Source: Eledone cirrhosa (lineage: Eukaryota). From it: DNA of 64,000 nucleotides. Both the position numbers and the translations under genes were made by a program. Position 1 is the stretch's first letter. Each line of letters begins with the position of its first letter. The stretch spans positions 162,316,001 through 162,380,000 of the forward strand of contig OZ024740.1 of the NCBI GenBank assembly GCA_964016885.1. Direction: 5' to 3'. The notes beneath the pieces were generated by a model. The model was not told where the DNA came from. It saw nothing but the letters and a program-made list of their open reading frames with translations, and did no database searches. Of the stretch, positions 1-13,425 are shown one piece after another.

Positions 1-2392
1 AAGATTAAAGACACAGAGGGAGGACTCTATTTTCACTGATAAAATAAAATATTGCAGGGGTATATTTCAGGGGGACAGTCTCTCTGTGATATTATTCATC
101 TTGTCATTAAACCCCTTGTCCTTTCTGCTCAAGAAATGTGAGGGATACATCATTGGCTCACACGAGGACAGAAATACGAACCTAACCCATAATTTCTTTG
201 TGGACGATCTGAAACTATATGCCAAGAACATGGATGGGGTGAAGAAAAATCTTGACCTGGTTACAACGTTCTCAAAGGATATAGGAATGGAGTTTGACAA
301 AGATAAATGCTCATACATGACTGTAAAGCGGGGAAAAATAACAACCCAATCTAGCAACATTGTCATCAATGGTCTAACTGTTTCATCGATATCTGATGAG
401 GACTGCTACAGATACCTGGGGATAGATGAGAACATATCCTATAATGGTATCTGTAATAAAGAACGCGTAACCAAGGAATACTACACCCGATTAAGAAACA
501 TCTGGTCATCGGAACTCTCTGCGCAAAACAAAACAGTGGCTCACAATGTGTTTGCTGTGCCTGTCTTAACACCAACGTTTGGAATACTCAATTGGACGAT
601 AGACGAAATCCGAGAACCCTGTGTGATAATAAAAAAAAACTGACACTTGGGATGTCGCTCAGCAGTATCGCAGTGAATCCATGGATGAAAAACTGCATGC
701 CTATCAGCAAAAAAATCATGCATGGATATGTTGCAAGGAAGCTCCAGAGTGAGAGTAATATAGATAAGGAAATTAGTCTATCTTGGACCAACAACCGCTA
801 TATTGGCTCCCACTTTGAAGGATACGCTTTTGCAATCCAGGAATAGGAGATTCACAAAAGAGATAGGGATGCAGGCAAAACACCTAGATGTGATAACAAG
901 TGCAGACGCTGCAGAACTAACATCGAGGATATCACCCATGTCATCAGCAGCTGTCCAAAGATGTCATCGCGGTACTATCTACCTATGAGGCATGATGTAG
1001 TGGCCAAAACACTGTACAATGCAGTTCGTAAAAAAGATAGCCCCTACATACATACATACATACATACATACATACATACATACATACATACATACATACA
1101 TACATACATACATACATACAGAGGCCTAACATCAGTCCAGACAACATTTGAATGTCGCATCATATCTCTCCGACAACATCTACGAACCTCGAAGCGTAGG
1201 AGCTCGTTTCTCGAGCAAGTCTATCTGCATGAAACAGATAAGATCATGAGAGTTGGGAAGGAACTCCTCGAGAGATATTCCCAGTGTGATAATCAAAAAC
1301 TCACACCCAGGGATGTCGCTCAGCAGTATCGCAGTGAATCCATGGATGAAAAACTGCATGCTTATCAGCGAAAAATCATGCATGGATATGTTGCCAGGAA
1401 GCTCCAGCGTGAGAATAATATAGATAAAGAAAGTAGTCTATCTTGGACCAACAACCGCTATATTGGCTCCTAATTTGAAGGATACGCTTTTGCAATCCAG
1501 AAACAGGAGATTAACACGACATACCTGATTCACAAAAGAGATAGGGATGCAGGCAAAACACCTAGTGTGATAACAAGTGGAGACTCTGCAGAACTAACAT
1601 CGAGGATATCACCCATGTCATCAGAAGCTGTCCAAAGATGTCATCGCGGTACTATCTACCTTCTGAGGCATAATGTAGTGGCCAACACAATGTACAATGC
1701 AGTTCATAAAAAAGATAGCCCCGATAATAAACACATTAAAAGCTACAGCAATGTGGAAGACATCCATGTACATAGTATGAAAGAGTACTGGTGGAATGTT
1801 CCAGTAAAAACCCTAATAAAATGCAGGCATAACAGACCAGATATTATGATATGGGACAGGGAGAAGAAAGCATGCACAGTAGTGGAAATTAGCTGCCTAG
1901 CAGATGCCAATATAATATCAAAGATTAGTGAAAAGGAGAATATTTATGCAGAACTGATGAGAAATCTGCAGATACTCCACCCTGATTACACCTTCAGATT
2001 TATGCCTGTGATTATTGGGGCACTGGGGTATGTTAGTAACTGCCTCAATACAAATTTAGAGAAGCTAGGCTTCACAGGAACATAAAGAACACAACTAGTT
2101 AGGAAATTACAAATACAATCCATTAATGGAACAGTAAAAATATGTAAAACATTCCAAAGATTTTGCATCTAATAACTGCATATACACATGTACAGATACA
2201 AAGCATATACACATGCACACATACAACTCAAAACATCCACATCCACACATACAATAACATCCATATCTACACATGCATGCATGCATACATACCTAGTTGA
2301 TGTTGTGTAAATTCCAATGAGAGAGTCTTGTGTTAGAAACCGACTCTCTCTCTCTATTGGTAAAACTTTGTGAAATTATAAAACCAGAAGAA
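1..2392 (+). mobile_element. Decayed R4/Dong-like non-LTR retrotransposon (RT plus restriction-like endonuclease); two truncated copies separated by a (TACA)n array at about 1045-1119
   Basis: RT motifs FQGDSLS, FFVDDLKLY and YRYLG. CCHC zinc knuckle (CRRC..EDITHVISSC) and RHDVVA. REL motif PDIMIWD..VEISC. Frameshifts and stops. 3' UTR ends AAAACCAGAAGAA followed by (CATA)n. Confidence 0.85.
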
Positions 2393-2477
2393 CATACATA
2401 CATACATACATACATACATACATACATACATACCTACATACATACATACATACATACATACGTACATACAGGTACAC

Positions 2478-2762
2478 ACCATTAATGGAACAGTAAAAAT
2501 ATGCAAAACATTCCAAAAATTCTGCATCTAATAACTGCATATACACTTGTACAGATACAAAGCATATGCAAATGCACACATATATCTCAAAATATCCGCA
2601 TCCACACATACAATAACATCCATACCTGAACACACATGCATACATGCATACATATCTACCTAGTTGATATTTAAATTCCAATGAGAGTGTTTGGATCTAT
2701 GTTAGAAACCGACTCTCTCTCTCTATTGGTAAACATTTATAAAATCACAAAACCAGGAGAAC
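2478..2762 (+). mobile_element. Second 3'-end fragment of the same R4/Dong-like LINE
   Basis: Diverged copy of about 2120-2392, flanked by (TACA)n-type repeats. Confidence 0.8.
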
Positions 2763-2832
2763 ATACAAACATTCATACATCCATCCATCCATATATACAT
2801 ATATCATACATACATCCATCCATACATACATA

Positions 2833-2936
<104 letters not shown>

Positions 2937-2947
2937 CATATATATAT

Positions 2948-3500
2948 GATGGCTGCCCCTTCGTGATCGACTATGGCCATTGCACGATATACCGTTATTA
3001 ATAATTATTAATTAATTCTATCATGCAATACCTGTGCGTGAAGATATTTTTTAAAGTGAGGGTTACTGTGCACTGAGCCAATCCCACTCTCTGAGCGACA
3101 GTAGCTATAACCCGAAAAGAAGAAAAGATCAACATCATCGGTAAACTACTGAGCCGCAAGTTTTATATGGGAGTTATCCCAGTTTCCTGAGTTGCCTTCT
3201 CCTAGAAGAATGCCCTAGCAAAGTCTATGGGTCCTTCACTCCCAGTGGTTTAACCGCGCGGTACATGTGTATATACATATTTACGCATATTTGAATGGCC
3301 GTTGACTCTTATGAGTTCTTCCGCCCTTTGTCAGGTTTTGTTTTTTGTCCTGCAGGGTGTCCAAAATCACCTTCCTCACCAAGTAAACTTGGTGGGGTTG
3401 CCGGTTTAGTCACCGACTACCCGACCATGCGACAGGTTGTACTGGGCTACATGTTACAGGTAGCACGCAAGAGTGACCCGACATATATATACATACATAC

Positions 3501-3584
<84 letters not shown>

Positions 3585-3586
3585 CA

Positions 3587-3622
<36 letters not shown>

Positions 3623-3960
3623 TACATACATACATACATATATATGATGGCTGCCCCCTCGTTATCGAATATTAATTAATTCTATCGTGCAATGCCTGTG
3701 CGTGAAGATTTTTTTAAAAGTGTGGAAAGACTGTGCACTGAGCGAATCCCACTCTCTGAGCGACAGTAGCTATAACCCGAAAAGAAGAAAAGATAAACAT
3801 CATCGGTAATCTACTGAGCCGCAAGTTTTATGTTGGAGTTATCCTAGTTTCCTGAGTTGCCTTCTAGAAAAATGCTCTGGCAAAGGCTAGGGGTCCTTCA
3901 CTCCTAGTGGTTTAACCGCGCGATCGGGTGTCCAGCCCGACTATTTCTATGTCCCCACGC
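2948..3960 (-). mobile_element. Cluster of short RTE-related non-autonomous elements (about 2948-3262, 3292-3483, 3646-3960)
   Basis: 2948-3262 and 3646-3920 are diverged copies ending GGGGCAGCCATC on the minus strand. 3292-3483 is the conserved head also found at 10797, 11955, 12659 and 18368. Confidence 0.55.
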
Positions 3961-4439
3961 ATACATACATACATACATACATACATACATACATACATAC
4001 ATACATACATCCATACATCCATACATACATACATCCATTCATTCATCCATCCACCCATCCATACATACATATGTACATACATACATACATACATTCATAC
4101 ATACATACATACATGTACAGTGACAATAAATTGAATGAAACTAAACAACATCCTATCCACTGCATGATAACAATTCTGATTTGTATATATTTGTGTATTT
4201 ATGAGTCTCATGTGTTGTTTGTCACAATGCAATATGTCCTTTGTATATCTCAGTGTTTTGTATGGAGCATATTAAAACAGAATTTGCGTTGGTGGAAGCA
4301 AAAGCAAGATGATTAATATTTATTGTTTATGGTACAATTTTCCGGATATCACTCTTGTTGAAACCCAACAAAAGTTGTTTTCAATCAAATATTTCTTAAA
4401 TTTCACATTGTCTTTGCATATTCAATGACCGTACATCTG

Positions 4440-6472
4440 TAGTTAAGATGTTACATTTCGCCCATAAACTACTATTTCTCCCAAAAAGTGCAGGCCAAAA
4501 AATTAACCAACTGGAAATCACCAGGCCCAGATGGCGTGCAAGGGTATTGGATAAAAAATATAACATCCCTCCACCCAAAACTGACAGCCATGTTCAATGA
4601 CTGCTTGATGTCGGGTGAAGTACCAGAGTGATTGACAAAAGATACACAGTTCTGGTAATGAAAGACCGAATCAAGTGTAATGATGTTACCAACTATAGCC
4701 CTATCACATGTCTGTCCGTAATGTGGAAACTGTTAACAAGCATTGTGTCTGAGGAAATCTGCTATCACCTCCACATAAACAACTTGTTACCGGACGAACA
4801 GAAAGGATGCCGAAAGAAGTCCCGTGGTACAAAAGACCAGTTACTTATTGATAAGATGGTAATGAGGAATTGCAAGAGGAGGCATACTGGTCTTGCCATG
4901 GAATGAATAGATTACAAAAAGGCATTCAACATGGTACCTCATTCTTGGATAACCAAAAGCCTAAAGATCTTCAAGGTGGCAGACAACATCAGACAGCTAT
5001 TATGTAAAAATATGAAGTCCTGGGAAACAGAGCTAACATCAGGTGGAGGTTCTTTGGGAGGCGTGAAGATCAAGAGAGATATCTTCCAGGGAGATAGTTT
5101 GTCCCCTTTGTTGTTTGTCCTTACCCTGATACCCCTGTCCGTCATATTGCGAAAAGTGAGAGCAGATACAAGCTGGGAAGAGGAGAACTTACCATCAACC
5201 ACCTCCTCTTCATGGACGATCTTAAACTCTTTGGGAAGAGTGAGAAGGAGTTGGATGTACTTGTTGACACTGTCCGTATTTTCAGCAATGATATATGTAT
5301 GGAATTGGGTGTTAATACGTGTGGAGTTCTAGTGATGAAGAGGAGTAAATTGAGCAGAAGCAACGGAATCCAGGTACCAACAGTGAGATGATAAAGGAAA
5401 TTGACATTGAAGAGGGATACAAATATTTAGATGTTCTGGAGGCAGATGACATCAAGAACAAAAAAATGAAGAAATTGATAAGATCTGAATACATAATTGT
5501 TTCTACTTTAGGCACAAGGCCAGCAATTACCCAGTGCATTACTGGTACTTTATTTTATCGACCCCGTAAGGATGAAAGGCAAAGTCAAACTCGGCGGGAT
5601 TTGAACTCAGATCGTAAAGGGACGTTACTATGCTGGAAAGCATGGCGTCCGTCCCTCTACCGATACTGCCAATCCACCCCAAGATCTGAATACATAATTG
5701 TTTCTACTTTAGGCACAAGGCCAGCAATTACCCAGTACATTACTGGTACTTTATTTTATCGACCTCGTAAGGATGAAAGGCAAAGTCAACCTCGGCGGGA
5801 TTTGAACTCAGTCCGTAAAGGGACGTAACTATGCTGGAAAGCCTGGCGTCCGACCCTCTACCGATACTGCCAAAATGAGAATAAGGAACATACTAAAATC
5901 ACATCTAAATAGTAGAAATGTCATAAGTGCAGTAAATTCCCGAGCTGTGTCTATTATTAGATACAGTGCAGGAAATCTGAAATGGAATGTCACTGAACAA
6001 AAAGAAATGGATAGCAAGACTAGGAAGCTAATGACTATCTACAATATGTTCCACAAGAGAAGTGATGTTGATAGACTCTACTTAAAGAGATCTGAAGGTG
6101 GAAGAGGTCTTATCAGCATAGAGGACTGTGTTCAGATGAAGAAAAACAGTCTGCAAAAATATGTGGCTGACAGTAGGGAGCGAATGCTCAAAATTGTACT
6201 GAAGGAGAAGACCAAGGGATGTCCAAGGAAGAAACAACAACAAGGAGGAAGAGTAACCTTCATGAAAAATCCCTTCTTCCAGAAAACGGAAAAAATCCCT
6301 TCCTTAAGAAAACGGAATTCACAGATCCACAGACATGGAACTGGTTAAAAAGAGGAGACCTTAAAAAAGCTACAGAAGGAATACTAATGGCTGCACAAGA
6401 GCAGGCCGTCAGAACGAAGTGGGTGAAACACCATATTGACAAGGAGGAGGCTAGCTCACTGTGTAGGATCTG

Positions 6473-6529
<57 letters not shown>

Positions 6530-7113
6530 CTGTGGCCCAGACTCACTACAAAGGCTGGAGACATGATATGATAGGCAGGGTGATCCACTGGCATCTATGC
6601 AAACTAAGCAATTTACCATTTTCTGAGAAGTGGTATGAGCATAAGCCAGAGTCGGTGAAGGTGCTATGGGATCTTAGGATACAGACGGACAAGAAATTAG
6701 AACACAATAGGCCTGACCTGGCGGTTTTGGACAAGGAAAAAAGATCGTGCCTAATTGTAGATGTAGCCTGCCCATTTGACACGAGAGTGCAAGAAAAGGA
6801 GAGGGAGAAAATTAACCGATACCAAGATTTAAAGTGGGAGGTAAAAAGAATTTGGAACTGCCATGAAATCAAGGTCGTCCCGATTGTCATAGGAGCACTA
6901 GGTACTATTTCAAGGAGGTTCCAATGATGGTTAAGGAAGATTAGTCCAGCCCCGTTTTTTTGGAACACTTCAAAAGGCATGCATGCTGGGAACAGCAAGA
7001 ACCCTCCGATACGTCCTGAATATCTGAGGCTGCAGGCAGTGGCTTGATATTCATTTCAACAACCTTTCCAGTTAAATAACATCAATGACTGAGACTCAAA
7101 GAACAATAATAAT
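4440..7113 (+). mobile_element. Decayed R4/Dong-like LINE, second family, interrupted by two SINEs and a (GA)n array
   Basis: KSPGPDG, YSPITCL, EQKGCRK, DYKKAF, IFQGDSLSPLLF, FMDDLKL, EGGRGL, CRIC, RHD, PDLAVLD..VDVACP; (AAT)n tail near 7104-7113. Confidence 0.85.
5494..5872 (-). mobile_element. Two tandem tRNA-derived SINEs with a Meta-SINE-like central domain, inserted in the LINE
   Basis: Minus-strand A box (TGGCAGTATCGG), B box (GAGTTCAAATCC) and body GCCTTTCATCCTTACG.GGTCGATAAAATAAAGTACCAG. AAGATCTGAATACATA is repeated at about 5480 and 5681. Confidence 0.85.
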
Positions 7114-7319
7114 AAAAGGACGATTTGTTATGTCTTCATTACATTTATTGATTGGTGTCGGACGTTTCGCTATTGATCAGATCAAGGTTCTACAGCAATG
7201 GTCCGACGAGCTTTTGATTCCAGAGTCGGGCCAGATCGAACCTTGAGCTGATCAATAGCGAAACGCGTGACACCAATCAATAAACGTAATGAAGACATAA
7301 CAAATCGTCCTTTTATTAA

Positions 7320-7505
7320 GGATTGGCAGTATCGGTAGAGGGTTGGACGCCATGCTTTAAGGCATAGAGTTACAGTCCTTGCCATTCTGAGTTCAAATCC
7401 CGCCGAGGTTAACTTTGGCTTTCATCCTTTCGGGGTCGATAAAATAAAGTACCAGTAATACACTGGGTAATTGCTGGCCTTGTGCCAAAAGTAGAAATAA
7501 TTATT
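7320..7505 (+). mobile_element. tRNA-derived SINE, same family
   Basis: A and B boxes plus the conserved body. Further copies at about 20150-20338(-), 29822-30002(-), 43805-43990(-), 47988-48089(-), 52043-52221(+), 54645-54860(+), 58480-58765(+) and 58905-59095(-). Confidence 0.85.
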
Positions 7506-7770
7506 ATATTTACACTCTGTTTAGCTCTACACCTCGTTACAGGCGTGAATCTAAGAATCGAGTGGTTACCTGGGTGAGCCTACAATAACTGCACGTTACA
7601 CTCGCTGGATATATATATATATATATATATTAAAGAATTAAAGAAGATTCAATGAGTACATCAAAGAATGAGTTTTACAGTAGATTGGAAGCACTCTACA
7701 GAAAATATTTTCCAGAGTTATTAATATTAATTCAAATATTAACAAAATAGATATTCTTGTGATCAATCAA

Positions 7771-7835
7771 ATTTTATTATACATATTTCAGAGGTACTGA
7801 ATCAAGTTCAACAGTACGTCTTCATCAGATAAAAT
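7771..7835 (-). ncRNA. Type I hammerhead ribozyme
   Basis: ATTTTAT-CTGATGA-AGACGTACTG..CAGTACCTCT-GAAA-TATGTA-TA-ATAAAAT. Perfect 7-bp stem I, long stem II, intact core. Confidence 0.85.
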
Positions 7836-7884
7836 AAAATGATACATGACATAGCCTGACATGTTAGATGGTTAAGATTTAATC

Positions 7885-7920
<36 letters not shown>

Positions 7921-8047
7921 CAGATAGATAGATAGAGATACACATATGTATATATATAAACATAGTTTAATTTATGTCAAAGCCTCAAAAGGATGGGTAC
8001 GATGCGAGGCAAAACAAACTAATACACGAAAGTTTCACTCGCATCAT

Positions 8048-8144
8048 ATCCCTAACAGCAATTTCTGGAATTAAGAAACAAAATTCATCATCCCAATAAA
8101 TTAAGACAACCACCATTGTAAGAGAATTCCTTCGTCAGAGGGAT
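8048..8144 (-). ncRNA. Type I hammerhead ribozyme with a long loop II
   Basis: ATCCCT-CTGACGA-aGGAATT...AATTCCa-GAAA-TTGCTG-TT-AGGGAT. 6-bp stem I, weak stem III. Confidence 0.7.
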
Positions 8145-8574
8145 TCTTTGGAACGGGAAAATTATAATCATCACTTAATATAAAAATAAGATGATAAATT
8201 CAAACATTATCTTAATCGAAAGCAGCGTGGTGTATTTGTGGATACGCATGCGTAGCTCCATTACAAACATGAATGTATATGTATATGAAGAACAACATGA
8301 CAGGTTCGTAATGACGTTAGAAATAGTTCCCATCACACCTATCTATTGCAACTCAATAAAGGAGAAGTATATAACCAACAGAGAAATGGAAAAGTTTTTT
8401 GCCATTAATGTAAGAAATATCTTTATGAACAAGACAAATAAAAATACCTAGATTAGAGAAGCATATAAACATAGTTTAACTTAAGCCAAATCCTCTGATC
8501 TGGGCATTTTTAGCTGTTTTGTTCATAGAGATGTTTCGTATATGACAAAAACTTTTTTCTTTGTCTCTGTGGGT

Positions 8575-8607
<33 letters not shown>

Positions 8608-8675
8608 GGGGGGGGAGGTTTCTGGTGATTTCTTTTGAATGAAACAATTCTAGTCCTGTAGAAGCCATTTCATTT

Positions 8676-8714
<39 letters not shown>

Positions 8715-8724
8715 AACGAATAGG

Positions 8725-8820
8725 ACCCCGACGGCTGAGCTCAAGGTGTTTCGACGGCTAATTCTGGACTAAATGAAAATTTTTATCCTGGTAAATGAAT
8801 AGCCGAACTTCTCAGGGGGT
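8725..8820 (-). ncRNA. Hammerhead ribozyme with an altered core (CTGAGAA)
   Basis: ACCCC-CTGAGAA-g..CGGCTATTC...GAATTAGCCGTC-GAAA..AGCCG-TC-GGGGT. Sister copies at about 14490, 42040 and 48945 show an intact stem III (ACGGCT..AGCCGT). Confidence 0.6.
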
Positions 8821-9499
8821 AATTCCATATATGGTAAAAGTGATTGTCACAAGGATTGGTCAAAAGTTTGTTGTTGAGACACATAATTCTATCATGGTAT
8901 TTTGTGGAAGGTAGGGGTAGCTGAACTTGCCAGTAGAAGAAAGAAGGAGAGGGGGTGGAGGAAACCCAGTCGAGCGTTGGTTTTCCTCGACTTTCCTCCA
9001 CGTTAGATGGTTAAGATTTAATCAAGGTAGTGATTAACTTATGAGAAAACTCAATATTTATACCCTAATATTGAGAACAGGAGAAAACGTAATAGAATCA
9101 ATAGAGAGAGAGTGTGAGTAAGAAAAAACATTGCCTTAATGCAACCGTTATAGAATTTTTAAAATTTGAAATACTACTATAGAACTATGCGGTAGAGGAA
9201 AGTATAGAGGAAGACGTATCTGGAGTTATAACTTATATAGTATTTAGCTTGAAAAGACAAATGACATAATTAAAGAGAGGGAGAGACAAAGGGGAGTAAT
9301 TTATGCTCAAATTTCTTTAGACACACATAAACATATATAACTTTGGCGGTTAAATTTCAAAATATTTAATTTATGCTATTTCAGGGTAAAGAATCAAAAT
9401 TTTAGGTTTTAAAAGTTGATGGTTATTTGTATTAATTTTATAATATAATTATGTTAAAATTCAAAGTTTTATGAAGACAAATTTAAAGGATTTATGAAG

Positions 9500-9638
9500 A
9501 AAATCGACTAACTTTTAAATTCCATCTGTGATAACATTTTACACGTTTTTATTGTATGTAAACTTCCCCCTTTGTATTTGTCCCCTTCTTTTGTGCCCCT
9601 GTGGCTAATAAAGAAATATATCTATCTATCTATCTATC

Positions 9639-9640
<2 letters not shown>
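9500..9640 (+). mobile_element. 3' end of a non-LTR element followed by (TATC)n; two more copies at about 44295-44890 (-)
   Basis: Shared TGTCCCCTTCTTTTGTGCCCCTGTGGCTAATAAAGAAA terminus abutting GATA/TATC arrays. The clade (possibly L1/Tx1) is not established. Confidence 0.6.
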
Positions 9641-9704
<64 letters not shown>

Positions 9705-9805
9705 TTTATATATACATATATATAGAGAGAGATAAATATATATATATATCAAGTAAGTATGTTTTGAAACTGAGCAAGTTTGAAATTTGAAATTAGAAAA
9801 TAGAA

Positions 9806-9989
9806 GCTTTCACCGTATTTTTTGACTAAAAAACTTTTAGCCTGATAGTGGGGTTTAGAACCCTCAGAGAAATGGAAAAAGGTGAGTATTGGCGTACATG
9901 TACGTCAATACTCATCTTTTTCCATTTCTCTGAGGGTTCTAAACCCCACTATCAGGTTAAAATTTCTTTAGTAAAAAAATACGGTGAAA

Positions 9990-9991
<2 letters not shown>
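9806..9991. repeat. Near-perfect palindrome of the element seen at 61081-61325
   Basis: Arms GCTTTCACCGTATTT... and ...AAATACGGTGAAAGC; centre GTACATGTAC. Confidence 0.85.
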
Positions 9992-10023
<32 letters not shown>

Positions 10024-10796
10024 CACAAACATATATTTATGGATGAATATATGCTAGTTCAATGTCCCTTTTCAAAGATCACTCACTCATAACAAATTGC
10101 TTACGTCATCATTGTCTTTAGAAATCGATTGTTAATCTTTCAGCGGAAGTTGTTGGAGAACTGCAACATTTACATCCTGTAATATTACATAGCTCTTTGT
10201 AATCCACCTCCTCACTGCCTACTTTTATATCTCCCTCATGGTCATTTATGTTTTCATATTGCATGATCCAAAAATAGAATCACTCACGGAGTTATGCAAA
10301 ATGTGGTTACCTTGGTAGCTAAATGTCGTTATTTTAATACATATATATTTAAGTAACGGTGACGGATTAGCGAAAGCCTTAAAGTGCCGGACGAAACGCT
10401 TTGTGTTATATAACAGAAGCTGTTTACGTTATGATTTCAAGTCCCGCAGTTATCAACTATGCCTTCCATGCTTCCGGTGTCGGTAAAATAAGGTATTATG
10501 TTATATATTTTACATATTTCTGAAAGTTTCATTATATGCCGGGTGATTGACAGAAGTGTTAGAGATTTGTGTAAAATTCTTTGTAGCATTTTGCCTTTTA
10601 TGCTCCCGGGGTCGATAAGGTAAAGTACCAGTCAAATGCTTGGGTCGATATAATCAACTTTTTCCTCCTCATAATTTACACGCCGTGAGTTTCATTTAAA
10701 TATCATTATATATGTATTTATGTATGCATGCATGTATGTATGTATGTATGTATGTATGTATGTATGTATGTATGTATGTATGTATGTATGTATGTA

Positions 10797-13158
10797 TGTC
10801 TCGAGTGCTACTGGTAACATGTAACTCAGTACAACCTGTCTTATGGTCGGGTCGTAGGCGACTAAACCGGCAACTCCATCCAGCTTGCTTGGTGAGGAAG
10901 GTGATATTTGGACACCATGCGGAATGAAATACAAGACTCGGCAAAGGGCGGAGGAACTCAGCAGAGTCAATGGCCATCTGAATAATGTTTTTTTCTTTTT
11001 TTCACCTGAGAGTGAAAGATCCCACTTGTTGTCACAACACCTTTCTAAGAGAGGGAACATCTGCGGCTTCGGATGCATCCGATGATGTTGATCAGTTTTC
11101 CTTTTCGAGTTGTGTTTTCGATGCTCAGAGAGTGGGATTGGTCGAGTGCAAGGCCTTTCCCGCCTTAAAAAACTTTCAAATCACAGACATTGCTTATTCA
11201 AGATCTGCTACAAGTTCGTGTGGCTGGCCGTAGCCTAAAAGTGCACCATTTTCTGTAATCTGACAAGCGATTGCAATACTCTTAGCATAGTTTGGAGCCA
11301 TCATGTATATTATGCATGTATGTCAGGTCGCTTTTCAGCGCTACTAGTAACGCTACTGGTAACCCAGTACAACCTGTGCATGATCGGGTTGTCGGCAACT
11401 AAACCGGTGGGGAGGGTGATTTTAAATATCCTGCAGAGGAAAAACAAAACCCGTCAGAGGGCGAAGGAACTCAGGAGGTTCAACACCCATTCAATAATGT
11501 ATTTTTAAAATTAATTTGGGGTGGGTGGGCAAGGGACTCCTGGTCTATATTAAGACATTTGAGTTAAAAGTCATCTTTGTATTAATAAAGTGAGTCCAGT
11601 GGTTCACTACTAGGCTGGTGTCGGAGATGCTACTCATCATACCTGTCAAGCATGTGGAAAAGAGTGTAGATCAGCAGGAGGGTTCAAACGACATGCAAAA
11701 GTACATGAAGTCCAACCACAACCGCCTATTGCCAGTGAAGGTTTTGGTTGCCAACTCTATACAAGACATTTTAGATCACTGGCTGGGCTAAAAAGCCACA
11801 TTCGATCGCAGCACCGTTAATTATTAATATATATGTCTTCTTCTTCTTCTTCTTCTTCTTCTTCTTCTTCTATCGTGCAATGGCCATACTCGAACACGAG
11901 GGGCCAGCCATCATCAATGTATGTATACTGTATAGGTATGTATGTATGCATGAATGTCAGGTCACCAGTTGGTGCTACTGGTAACATGTATCCCAGTACA
12001 ACCCGTCTCATGGTCGGGTCGTTGGCGACTAAACTGGCAACCCCACCAAGGTTTCTTGGTGAGAAGGGTGACTTTGGACATCCTGCAGGACTAAAATCAA
12101 AACCTGTCAAAATCACCGGGAGAGATGACCCCTTAGCCTTTGTCAAGGCAGAATTCTAGGAGAAGGAAAACTCTGATATAACACCTGCAACCCTGATGGT
12201 ATCCAATGATGTTCACTTGTTCTTCTTTTTGGTAAATATCATCTTGGTCAAGAGAGTGGGACTGGCTTTGTGCAGTGCCTTTGCTCACTATAAAAGCTTC
12301 ACGGCACAGACATTGCTTTATATCTGGAGATCTCTCTGCACTTGTCGTCACATGGTGCCATGGACCCAGCACCATGTGACAATAATTGTCAAAAGTGTAG
12401 TGTTTGTACCAGAGTTTTCAAGTCGCTGGCTGGACTAAAAAGTCACTCGTTCAGCGCATCGGTAGGGTTTCTCCTACATGGATATAAAGTAGTGGCCGTA
12501 CTCGAAAACGAGTTGGCAGCCACCATGTATGTATGTATGTATGTATGTATGTATGTATGTATGTATGTATGTATGTATGTATGTATGTATGTATGTATGT
12601 ATGTTTGTATGTATGTATGTATGTATGTATGTATGTATGTATGCATGTATGTATGTATGTCTCGGGTGCTACTGGTAATATGTAACCCAGTACAACCTGT
12701 CTTAAGGTCGGGTCGTCGGTGACTAAACCAGCAACCCCACCACGCTTGCTTGGTGAGGAGGGTGATATTTGGACACTCTGCAGGATGAAATACATGACCC
12801 GGCAAAGGGCGGAGGAACTCAGCAGAGTCAACGGCCATCCAAATAGTACTTTTTTTTTTTCACCTGGGAGTAAAAGGCCCTCAGTTGTTATCACAATATC
12901 TTTCTATGAGAGGGAATTTCTGAAAAAAAAACCTGCGACTTCGGAAGCATCCGATGATGTTGACCAGTTCTCCTTTTCGGGTAGTGTTTTCGATACTCAG
13001 AGAGGCCTTTCCCCACTTAAAAAAATATTCAGAACGCAGGCATTGCTTGTTCAGGATATGTTACAGATTTGTGTGACTGGCCGTAATCTAAAAGTGCACC
13101 AAACTCTATAATCCGCCCAGCAATTGCAGTACTCTTAGTAGAGTTTGCAGCCATCATG
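10797..13158 (+). mobile_element. Tandem cluster of RTE-related non-autonomous elements (about 10797-11315, 11321-11910, 11955-12526, 12659-13158)
   Basis: Shared head of about 180 nt and shared tail GCAGCCA(T/C)CATG followed by (TATG)n. Other copies at about 18368-18972(+), 53440-53760(-) and 56593-56900(-). Confidence 0.65.
11617..11820 (+). pseudogene. Two C2H2 zinc-finger remnants, probably the C-terminus of an RTE-type ORF
   Basis: Translates HTCQACGKECRSAGGFKRHAKVH...GCQLYTRHFRSLAGLKSHIRSQHR*. A related CSVCTRVFKSLAGLKSH is at about 12395-12447. Confidence 0.6.
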
Positions 13159-13184
13159 TGTGTATATATGTATGTTCTTCTGGT

Positions 13185-13220
13185 TTTATAATTTCACTAA
13201 TGTTTGCCAATAGAGAGAAA

Positions 13221-13299
<79 letters not shown>

Positions 13300-13425
13300 G
13301 ATTTCTAACATAGATACAAGAGTCATTGGAATGTATACAACATCAACTAGGTAGATATGTATGCATGTCTGCATGCATGTGTGTGTAGGTATGGATGTTA
13401 TTGTATGTGTGGATGTGTATGTGCA
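13185..13425 (-). mobile_element. 3' UTR fragment of the first R4/Dong-like LINE
   Basis: Reverse-complement similarity to 2230-2392 with an expanded (GA)n. Confidence 0.75.

Noticed and set aside
393-420. CTGATGA inside the RT ORF
   Set aside because: There is no stem II or GAAA arrangement; it is coding sequence.
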